This document shows positions 55,301-64,000 of a stretch of DNA of 64,000 nt, piece after piece (the stretch's first letter is position 1; every line of letters begins with the position of its first letter). Location of the stretch: the NCBI GenBank assembly GCA_002633005.1, contig NMRA01000053.1, forward strand, positions 998,780 through 1,062,779, read 5' to 3'. Made by a program: the position numbers and the translations under genes. The notes below the pieces were generated by a model, which saw nothing but the letters and a program-made list of their open reading frames with translations, was not told the origin of the DNA and did no database searches. Source of the DNA: Phoronis australis. Lineage: Eukaryota > Animalia > Phoronida.

Positions 55301-58300
55301 TTTTAAATGCCTTGGGCGCTTATTAGGGTGAATATGGTAGTCAAAATAATTCACTAAGGCCAATCAACATTATACATGTAGTCTTTGACAGTTGTATTTT
55401 GTCTGAAGTGGAGCTTATACTGTTGAATGTTACATGCTGTGTTGGGCCTCCAAATGTGGTCTCGTTGTAACTTGACTATTCATTCCAGAGACAACTATTT
55501 TAAGCAGAAAATTGAAGAGCGGGCAGCAAATAAAGAGAAATACCAAAAAGAGAAGCAGGAGTATGTATGAAGTTTTCTTTATTAATTTACAGTGCATGTT
55601 TATGTCCTTACGCCTACTGTCAGGGGGAGACTGCTTCCTTCTCCAGAATTAGTCGCCTTTATGTGAAACACAGGAATTAATGTTTATGATAGATACTTGA
55701 ACATATCTAGTACAAATTGTAGATGTGTACTCAGTTTGACCCTAGTCATTAATATGAAACGCATTATGAATGGACAGAGAGCATGGCGATGAATGGCCCT
55801 CAGTTTGAGATACGCATATATACAAGGGGTAGGCACCAGCACCTGCGTGTGATGCTTTGGTGTTTGCTCCTGTGCAAGGCACTCTAGTAGCAACTTCGCT
55901 TTGAAAAAAATAATAATTTGGATAATTATAATGGCGCATATTCTTGATTTCTTGATTGTATGATATCTGGTAGTTTTGTTAAGTGGATACATTTCTGCTT
56001 GATTTAGTCCCATTTCATTCTCTCAGACTTTCGGAAATATTTTAAAAGGAACATAAAAACAGTTGGCCATGAATTATTAGTGTACTAACAAATTAAGCGA
56101 AAATTATGACTTCTGAACATCTTATATGAAATAAATTTCCCGATGTTTGGGAACCTCCTGGCTTCTACTGGGGATTAATGACTGAGTGGTTTCTTCAAAA
56201 ATGTCGTTTTCCTCTGCTGGTGTTCGTAGACAACAACTCCAAGTTTCTGGACCATGAGGCAGATAGTTTGAATCTGACTCCTCCATGTCTGTTCAGAGAG
56301 GGATTCTTGGCTTTAACCCAGGCACACTCCCTTAAAACTCGTTCAAGCCAAGAACTTTCTCTGTCCAGTACTCTCCCATTATCTAACCTCTTACTAAAAG
56401 CAGTTCGCGCTGAAATTTCTGGTGGTGGAGTTGTGTGGGTCAGCCGTTTGAACTCTGGACTCCCATTTGTCAAACCCGGGTTCAAGTCCTGGTAAAACTG
56501 GCAGACAATCAAACCTTGCACATTATTGTCTCTTGCTCCTCTGAACATGGCCTTAAGAGTGGATAAAAGCAGGGTAGTGAATCAAAAGGTGGATATAATA
56601 AGAAAATCGATTTCCGGGATATGATAGCGTGTTTAGAAAAAGAACGTGCTGAAAATTGACTCCAGCCTGTGGCATGTATATTCAGATCGTTTGCTGATTT
56701 TCCAGTTGGTGATTGAATAGAATTTCTCTTGAATCACTGTTGTCTAAAACTTGTTGTGTTTAGATGAAACTAAATGTAAACCATGCAACGCTTAACTATG
56801 AGAGCACGGTGTCAGACAAAAAATCTGTTGGTTTACTTTTCCGCTAAAAATCTGTGATACAGTATTGGGGACCTTCATCCAAAAGGTAACTGTTTTCACC
56901 CTTAAGCCATGAAAGAATGTAGACTGAATACTGGTCGAGTAAAAATGGGACTCTTGTTTTGTCAGACAATTATTCATATTTTTATAAGTACCATAATTGG
57001 GCCAAGCCTTTGTAGGGAACTGTTTGTGTTAAAAGGGATGATGGCAGTGGTTATTTCAACAGCAGAGTGATGTCAGTAACCTTGCCGTTGACAGGAAGAA
57101 GGCCAAACGGGAAGAGGAAGAGTTAAGTGAGTTGAAGGAGAAGATGACCAAGGAGGCTCTGCTGCAATTGACAGATCTGCCTGATGAACTGAGTCGGGAA
57201 GACATTAAAGCAGTGTTCACGGAGCATGCAGAAATCGCTTGGATTGACTTTGAAAGGGGGGACGAGAAGGTCAGTACTTACTACTTGACACTGATGTCCA
57301 AGTAGTTAATGTAGGTCACGTAACGTCATTGCTGCACAAGTTGAGGGACCGAGTGGCTAACTTGCTAAAATTCTAGGTACACAGTCGAGAGGTTGTTGCT
57401 TTGATTTCTGTGTTGACGGGCTATTGTTTCCTAAACCCATGGCGTTCATTGTGGTGTACTACAAGCACATGGGTTTTGCATGAAGGTATGATACAAATCC
57501 TCCGACCTGACATAAGGTTGTCTCCCCTTTTTGAATCTCCCAATTGCATGCCCAAAATTACACCCAATCGAATGCTGTAGTTTTTTTGTGGTTTAATAGT
57601 CAGTGGGCCCAGACTTGTGTCCTATACATGCGTGGTGAATCTCAGAAACAATATCTTAGTTAACAAGCTATAGGCAGAGTGAGATATATTCAGTTAGCTA
57701 CGTGGTGATTGATCACATGGTACTAGATACTAGCGTCCTCTAGAGGATGAGGAGGCAATTTTAGTTTTGTTTAAAATGCATCATGTCTTTGTACATTCCC
57801 CGTAAAAGGGCCTTTTCATCAAGTCAATCCTGTTTCTCTATTCCACTTCCCACAAAGATGAAATACCTCCTGGTACAGCCAGATGGTTATAAGAGTCACT
57901 TGCCTCATGTCATGAGCCCCCATTGCTTTTTGAAGGTCTCATTCTTTTTATATACAATTTACTTAATCAAAGCGGGCTCAGGTTTCTGTTTGTTGAAATT
58001 CTTTACATGGAAGGAAGCATGACATTGTGAATATATTGACGGTTTGGGTAAATTTTGGGGCCTCTTTCAAAAAACGTTGGTTTTGATGGCAGGTTGTAAT
58101 CTCAAAATTTATCATAAGCTGACAAAGCCTATTTCTTGGAGATCAAGCCTACCTTTAACAAAGGCTCTCAAATTTACGAGTTCTGAGTATAGATAACAAA
58201 CAAGAAATTAAAATAAAAAAAACTTAAAAATAACTTATTGAAAATCTACTTCATGAAAGGCTAATTTCTGACTTCCAGCAGAATTTTTCTGCTGACAGAC

Positions 58301-60719
58301 CTTCTGTAAATATGCTGACAGGTTGTATAAACAAGGACAATTTTCTGGCAATATGCTGAGATTATGTGTTTGGTTAAAAAACTTTGCATTGTGGAACTTT
58401 AAGACTTTCCAGTTTCATGGAAAATGGACTGCAAAATCATAACATTCTGTATCATTTGTTAAGCAAAAGATTTCTTTTACAGTACCAACAGTTATTATTG
58501 AGCAGAGCAAAAAGAATTGTCCGTCTAATTGTCAGGTTCTACATTGACATGCCTGTTCGTTTATCTCGCTCTCCCTAGAACCAAATGTGTGTTGTAGATT
58601 TGGAATACACCTTTTGTAACGAAAATGCCATTTCCGAATACGCATCCTAGACTCGTTTGCGATAAGGACCAGTGTTGATAAAAAACAGACTAAAAACTTT
58701 TTTAGAAACGTGCTTCTGACTGCCCTTTATATATAATCTTTTCATGGTGTTTCCACAGGCGTGTGTCCGGTTCACAGAGGAGGGCCAGGCTGCCATGGCG
58801 TGGGAGAAGGCCAAGGAAGCTGGAGAGGGAAAAGTAGTCATTAAAGAGAAGGAAGTGACAGGCACAGTGCTGGAAGGTCAGTTGTGGTCAGTGGTGGCCA
58901 GGGTCTATTTTGTCTTATTATGACAGTGTTGGGTTTTGACGAGGCAGAAGTGATTACAATATGGTGTTAAAAGCATTACCACGTTCATCCAGTGTTGAAC
59001 TATTGCTGAATAAGCAATGCGTACCTGCACCATTTTCTAATCTCAATTTTCATAGTTAGTTAACTTCAATAAACTCTTAAGTCATTGATGGTTTTGACTT
59101 TCTTCTTGGTAACAGAAATAGAATGTTATCATTGTAAGGATTATTCCAAAAAGGCTCAGTTCCATTTTCGTTCTTTTCGCCAGCTAACGGGGAGAGTTAC
59201 AGCTTCAAGTTTCAGATTAAGGCTATCATAAAATCTGCCTGTCCTAGAACAATCTAGCTTAGACCACCTGACTTGTTTGTTGGTCAAACGATGATTTCTC
59301 GACTCAGAAAGAACTGACGACTCCATTTTTGCTTTAGCCCAGGCCCATCAAGTTAACTTGTTGAGGATGTCAGTTTTTGAGCCAGGTATTGTCTCGAGCA
59401 ATGACGAGCGGTCAGTTCTTTTCAGGTATAAACTGACAAGAACTACTTTAACTGAAGGTGGTTTACATCAAAAGTTGTTTTGTTGACGGGACACATGTTT
59501 ATGATAGCCTTGATATCAATACGGCCAGCGTAACCCCACCATAACCCGGGGACAAGACACAATTTTGAAATTCCCAGATGCCGATGTTCAAATTTAACCC
59601 ATTAGGGATGGTTTTTCTGCTTGATAATCTTGGTTTTGTATCACTGTTGTGACTGGTGTGCGTATCACTGTTATAACTAGTGTGTGTATCACTGTTGTGA
59701 CTGGTGTGTGTATCATATGCTCTGAATTTCTTGACTGCAGGAGAGGATGAACTAAACCAGTGGAAAGAGCTATTGAAGCAGCAGGCTGAGCGGAGGAAAA
59801 AGAACAAGGGCAAAGGTCACAGGGGCAGGGGTCATCAGGTGAGGAGAAGTGAAATTAATACTACTTGGTGCTTAGCCTAGTTTTTGTGCGTTGTGGTAGG
59901 GCAGTCAGGGGCGTGTTCCTTGACAAGTCACTTGTGAGATACCTGGTGACTAGAATCCTTGACTAATGGAATAAAAATTTTAAGTTAACATACTGTTTTC
60001 TACAAAATTCAACATTTTGCTCTAGTTGTCCATTCAGTGGCAGCCATTTTGGTAGTGTACACTAGTAAGGTGGCAAGCTTGCTGAAGCTGTTTTCTGTAG
60101 AGATGAGAACGTGGTAAAAACACGAGACTGCGAGATGTCACACTACACTACAAGAAATTTGTGTGATCATGCTTACTAGCTTTACTTGCAACAGTCGTAC
60201 TTCTATGGAACACAGGCCTTATATTACCTTTTGCTATCAAGATTTTGCCTAACTCACAAGACACCAGCTGTACAAGATGCACTCCTGGTGTGCAATCGGA
60301 TCTTGGACACTATTTAATTCTATATTTTTGGGTTGTATCGGTGTATAGTTACAGACTAGAGTCAGCCATATATGTACGCATGTAAACAAATTCTAGGCAG
60401 TATTTGTTTAGGTTTAGTTTTGAAAACAGGGACATGACTTAAAAGCTCGTGTTGGAGAGATTTGCTCCACTGTGAGTATGAGCACTCGCAAGTGACGGCA
60501 TGGTTGGTTTTGTTGCCTTACTCAACAGATGAAGTTGGAAATTAGCTGCTGGTTGTTGTCCGCTCAGCACTGAAAAACGTTTGACTTAGTAAAATGTGTG
60601 AAGCGACAATATTTCCTGGCCTTTTGTTCTGAAATAAGATTGATTTTGTTTTGCAGCATCACAAAAGAGGGCGCGCTGGTGGTGATGAGCCACCGAGGAA
60701 GCAGGCCAAACGTGAATGA
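46291..60719 (+). CDS. SSB: La protein (lupus La autoantigen homolog), spliced CDS of 11 exons, 367 aa
   Basis: Exons 46291-46380, 47344-47413, 47750-47856, 49962-50063, 51828-51935, 53201-53301, 55489-55560, 57095-57269, 58759-58876, 59741-59838, 60657-60719 join in frame (1104 nt) with GT-AG ends. Contains La motif ([30 protein letters not shown]), RRM1 (RSVYAKGFP..FKGSIF), RRM2 ([17 protein letters not shown]) and a basic tail. Confidence 0.96.
47344..47413 (+). CDS. SSB: La coding exon 2: [23 protein letters not shown](W)
   Basis: Acceptor TTTCAG; La-motif core; donor T|GTATCCTT (U12-type). Confidence 0.96.
47414..47749 (+). other. SSB: U12-type (minor spliceosome) GT-AG intron, phase 1, 336 nt
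   Basis: 5'ss GTATCCTTA matches RTATCCTT; branch site TACCTTAAC at 47731-47739, about 10 nt before CAG at 47747-47749; no long polypyrimidine tract. Confidence 0.92.
47750..47856 (+). CDS. SSB: La coding exon 3: (W)[35 protein letters not shown]
   Basis: In frame with previous exon (T+GG=Trp); donor GAG|GTAAAC. Confidence 0.95.
48510..49656. mobile_element. PIF/Harbinger-like MITE with 3-bp TCA TSD, containing a nested HINE-like insertion (~48779-49330)
   Basis: TCA|GGGCTGTTCCAGTAAAA..TTTTACTGGAACAGCCG|TCA. Nested part has a 5' stem-loop, GTCT microsatellite and ~155-bp cores (AACTGCTTG.CGGATCATGATGAAATT at ~48874 and ~49030). Confidence 0.8.
49962..50063 (+). CDS. SSB: La coding exon 4: [34 protein letters not shown]
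   Basis: Pyrimidine tract + CACAG; [11 protein letters not shown] matches vertebrate La; donor GTATGT. Confidence 0.95.
50511..51330 (+). mobile_element. HINE/DINE-like element in a La intron
   Basis: SubTIRs TATGTGCCCAC (50515) and GTGGGCACATA (51299), 3' hairpin AACGCACTGCGTT, diverged internal core repeats, T-run at 5' end. Confidence 0.7.
51828..51935 (+). CDS. SSB: La coding exon 5 (RRM1): [36 protein letters not shown]
   Basis: TTTACAG acceptor; AAG|GTCATT donor. Confidence 0.94.
53201..53301 (+). CDS. SSB: La coding exon 6: [33 protein letters not shown](K)
   Basis: TTCACAG acceptor; completes RNP1 FKGSIF; AA|GTGAGT donor. Confidence 0.94.
53626..53930 (-). pseudogene. Frameshifted HIRAN-like domain ORF carried by the TIR element
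   Basis: With several frameshifts reads [49 protein letters not shown]/..[40 protein letters not shown]. This matches the HIRAN-like pattern RGYHVY..W.P..GE.L...RE..NP.D.YAV.V....VGHVPR.IS..GLEIP. Confidence 0.75.
54690..55125 (-). pseudogene. Heavily decayed Ulp1/SENP (C48)-like protease remnant in the TIR element
   Basis: Ordered fragments on -: SDTVVNKV (~55110), IVLININ..N(H)WVII (~54985-55035), NCG.IAIIF..KLC*DP (~54715-54770). They resemble L.D.VIN / HWV / DCG.FAIAF...LC.G.DP but need several frameshifts. Confidence 0.45.
55489..55560 (+). CDS. SSB: La coding exon 7: [23 protein letters not shown](E)
   Basis: TTCCAG acceptor, GA|GTATGT donor, phases consistent; homologous to DDYFAKKNEER of vertebrate La. 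Confidence 0.92.
56427..56560 (+). mobile_element. Degenerate tRNA-derived SINE head
   Basis: B-box GGTTCAAGTCC at 56479-56489 with an A-box-like GTGGGTCAGCCG about 45 nt upstream. Confidence 0.4.
57095..57269 (+). CDS. SSB: La coding exon 8 (RRM2 start): [36 protein letters not shown]
   Basis: GACAG acceptor; AAG|GTCAGT donor. Confidence 0.94.
58759..58876 (+). CDS. SSB: La coding exon 9: [39 protein letters not shown](G)
   Basis: TTCCACAG acceptor; G|GTCAGT donor; KEVT..VLEG conserved. Confidence 0.93.
59637..59715. repeat. 24-bp minisatellite x3
   Basis: TGTATCACTGTTGTGACTGGTGTG unit. Confidence 0.9.
59741..59838 (+). CDS. SSB: La coding exon 10: [32 protein letters not shown]
   Basis: CTGCAG acceptor; CAG|GTGAGG donor; short basic motif. 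Confidence 0.92.
60657..60719 (+). CDS. SSB: La last coding exon: [20 protein letters not shown] (bipartite NLS-like)
   Basis: TTTTGCAG acceptor; in-frame TGA followed by AU-rich sequence; possible ATTAAA signal at 61543. Confidence 0.88.
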   Translation, partial: HHKRGRAGGDEPPRKQAKRE

Positions 60720-61959
60720 AGCGACACCTGTTGGACTTTGTTTTATACCCTGTAAATAAGGCACTGTTTGTTTATAGCTGCAGAATGCCAAAAAGTTCTT
60801 ATCTCCAAATATTATTTTGTAAACCAGGAAGTACCCATTATATTGGTAAATTTATATAAAATGAAATTCAAATCATATGCTCTTATTTGTTTTTATATAA
60901 TGTACTGCCATTTATTGTTTATGCCAAACAATATGAATACATGTTGAATTATGCTTTAATGCATTTGTTTTGAATATGCTCGTTTCTCTAATAGCAACTA
61001 ATTGACTAAATAGTTGCTGTTAGGGCAATTGCAATTTTGTTGTTCTTCTTTCAAAACAAAGGTAAACCCTATCATACACTGTACTATCAGTAGCTGCTTT
61101 ATTTCATATTGTCAAAAGGAATGAAACTTCTAAGCATTGCTGTTATGCAAACATAGTCATGTGTTGAGGCCCTCATTCAATACAGTTGCTGTTTGCTATG
61201 GAGAATCGTACACCAGTCTCAGATTTATGACATGAAAAAAGTTCTTGGAAATTTCGATATTGACGAAATTTCCAAGAGGTTTTGCCTATGTCATAAATCT
61301 GAGACTTGTGTAGGATTTGTTTTCTCACATGAACTGTAAAAACGATTTGCTGAAAAACTCGATGTGTCTAAAACTTTCAATTACAAGACACAACTCATGT
61401 AAAAACACGGTTGGGAAATGTAATGTGGTTCAGATACTTCTTGTTAATAGCTTTATTTTAAGCTTAACAAATGTAAATTGCATTCAGCTTTCGTAGCAAA
61501 TATTCAAGTTAGAATCTAAAAAATAGTCTTTGAAGTTGTAATATTAAAACTTAAAAAGTATTTATTAATAAGTCAGCAAGGCTTGCTCGCACGTGAGCAC
61601 TGAATTGACCTTGAGACATCACAGCTAGACAGTCTCACCTCGTTTCTTGAGTTGAAGCTGTATGAACGAAAGGGAATATGGAATTCGCGGCCGCAAATGG
61701 GACCCTTTAAGAAGTTGTTTGCATGTCCTTCCTACTGGTGATATGTACAGTTGCGACACCCGACTTGTCAATCATAACCTTGTCACCTTTTCGGAATTCC
61801 GGCCTTGTTTGGTTGACGCACGCTTGGTTGTTTTGGTGTTTTGCAGAGGATGAAATCAATGTAAGGCGTATGGATTTCTGTTTTGCACTACTTTGTGATT
61901 TTCTCATGTTATATCAAAGAAATTACCTACTGGGTGTTATTAACCTGTCGTGTCTTAAC

Positions 61960-63070
61960 ATATTTCAGGTCATGTGAGAAACAGAGTTCTTTCATATGTG
62001 GGTCATATTGCCGTCATCTCTATTCAGGCTTCAGATGTTACTTTTGTATCTCCTAAATCCTGACAGGACCTCCATGAAATAGGCAGATGTGTTGCTGGGG
62101 AGCTGCCAACTAACAGCTTTCGGATGTATCTGACTATCGCTGTGCCCCCTAGTGGCTGTTTCACTTGTTTACGTTTTCTCTTCTGTGTCTACCAAATTCC
62201 TTAATGAATTTTAGGACATTTTCTAAAAGTTTCTATTGATACAACAAGATCACCATTCTAATTTTGTACGTGTTTGGGGGTATTATGCGCCCCATAGTGG
62301 CCATTTTTATTATTTTGAATTTGTTTTGGTGTCTGCCTATGTATCAGCTAAACTTCTCAAAGAGTCATTATGGAACTTGCCAGATGTCGACTTATTTCAA
62401 GGAGCATGACTGTTGTTGCTTTTCAGACTGGTGTGACTACGGTGGCGCTCCATAGTGTTTCTAATTCAATATGTACCAAGCTTAATGGGGCCAAGTAGTG
62501 TAAGTAGAATTGTTCTACACTCTTTGACAGGACTTCCTGAAATTTGGTGTATGGGTTTCTATTGAGAATATGACTGATGTTGATTTTTGAATGTTTCTAG
62601 TGGTACCCCTTCTTGTATTTTGTGGATGTGTCTAGTGGCACCCCTTGTAGTATTTGTGGATGTGTCCAGTGGCACCCCTTGTTGTATTTTGCCTCGGCCT
62701 CAATATCAACTAAGTAGGTTGATGGATCTTCATGAACTTCGGCGTTCCTGTTGAGGAGAGCTCATCTGGTCTTTATGTTTGGTCATATCTGACTACTATG
62801 GTGTCAAATAGTGGCAAATTGTCACTCCGTTTATCTCATCTGCCAAGTTCGTTGCTGGTGGTTCCCACTGGTGTTAAATTGTTATTGCGCTGCTTCGTCT
62901 ACCAAATTCTGTATTGGATCTTCGTGAACTTTGACATCGTCTTCCGTGTAAGGAGTTTACGACATGTTTTGATTTCCATGTGGATCCCACTACCATGGAC
63001 AAACTTGAGAAAATTAAGACATGTATCTTCACCATTTGCGATGCACGGGGTGGACGCATTGCTCTTCTGT
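61960..63070 (+). repeat. Degenerate HINE-like core repeats, including a 34-35-bp tandem x3 at 62596-62690
   Basis: Recurrent CCCCTAGTGGC / ATGAAATTTGG-like motifs shared with the 50511-51330 element. Confidence 0.5.
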
Positions 63071-63584
63071 TGTCAATGTTTGCAAAACATTTATAAGTAA
63101 AGAAAAGGAATTGTCTGTCTTCCCATATTTTCCGGCCCAATACTTTTCTGGAAATGACAGTCTTGACTTATCGTATTAGTAGATGGCGCCACTGCAGTTG
63201 ATGTACCAGTTCGTCTACACAAGCCTATGCAGCACACCACCAGAGAGACTAGTGCGACCGTAGTTTCCCCCATCGATAATACGCACAATGTCATAGCAAT
63301 ATTAAATGGTGAACGAATTGTTCTTAATGAGTCCAAAGAGAAGAAAAATAGCACCGAAATTGAAACTGGGGTGGAAATAGCCAGAAGTGACGTGAAGATA
63401 ATGACTCCTCGGATCCAATTCAATACAGAACTAGACCGGCAGCCCAGAGCACTTAGCATAGATGAACGAGGTACCAACATCTGACCACGGGAGCATTTAA
63501 AGTCCACCTCAGTATGTACAGAAATGGACGTCTGCCGTTGTCTGCACTCTGGGTGTGACCCCTGGGGGCCTTACAAAGACCCCA

Positions 63585-64000
63585 AAAAATGAGCTAGACT
63601 AGATATTTGAGGTACCAACCAAAACTGATTTAAAACGAACAATAATACCGCACTAAACACCGAATGACCCATGACAGACAAATTGCACTCTGGAATGGGT
63701 CCGGCAGAAGCCAAAAAAGGACCCCCCCAAAAACGAGCTAGCACATACATTCGAGGTACCACACAAAACCAATTCCATGTGATTCAATACATGTCACAGA
63801 TCACTAAAACCCCTATGACAGACAAAATACACTCTGGGTTGTGCCCGGCAGAAACCCCCAAAAATCTCAACCATGGTATGCCATCAAAAATTTGAGCTAG
63901 ACTAGATTTTCGAGGTACCGGCCAAAACTGATTTTAAACGAACAATAGTACCGCACTGAACACCAAATGACCCATGACAGACAAATTGCACTCTGGAATG
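63585..64000. repeat. Tandem repeat with ~303-bp period and ~150-bp subunits, running off the window end
   Basis: GAGCTAGACTAGAT at 63591 and 63894; ATGACAGACAAA at ~63671, ~63815 and ~63974. Confidence 0.8.

Larger units (their letters stand above)
53495..55337. mobile_element. TA-flanked TIR element (Tc2/pogo-like CCG-type termini), about 1.84 kb, in a La intron; no transposase seen
   Basis: Left end TA|CCGAACTCGCCCCAATAAGTGCCCATG; right end reverse-complemented TA|CCATATTCACCCTAATAAGCGCCCAAG; subterminal ATAAGCGC repeats at both ends. Confidence 0.85.

Noticed and set aside
57345-57410. tRNA-like sequence (also 36290-36350)
   Set aside because: A/B boxes are degenerate and no cloverleaf forms; at most SINE remnants.
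61707-61907. RPEFRKGDKVMI, resembling a Gypsy integrase tail
   Set aside because: No in-frame GPY/F motif, integrase core or LTRs.
63227-63484. 85-aa ORF with protein-like composition
   Set aside because: No recognisable domain or clear splice context; lies between repeats.

Overview
This is eukaryotic, intron-rich, AT-rich genomic DNA; the repeat content suggests a marine invertebrate (inference). Nearly all ORF-track entries are spurious. Two genes are supported. (1) A complete La/SSB gene on +, with 11 coding exons from 46291 to 60719 (1104 nt, 367 aa; La motif, RRM1, RRM2, basic tail) and a probable non-coding first exon ending at 45230. One of its introns (47414-47749) has clear U12-type minor-spliceosome signals. 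(2) The first coding exon of a GPR158/GPR179-like class C GPCR on - (9572-8773; signal peptide plus Cache ectodomain); I found no further exons in the window. The rest is mostly non-autonomous DNA transposons: Harbinger-type MITEs, TA-flanked foldbacks, a CACTA-like element, Helentron-associated (HINE/DINE-like) elements including a 1.18-kb tandem dimer, and microsatellites. The least expected signal is a TA-flanked, Tc2/pogo-like TIR element in a La intron that carries decayed Ulp1-like protease and HIRAN-like cargo ORFs, plus a second, weaker Ulp1+PHD relic near 33.6-34.2 kb. Several structured-RNA candidates lie in La introns. All family assignments are by eye; no searches were run.
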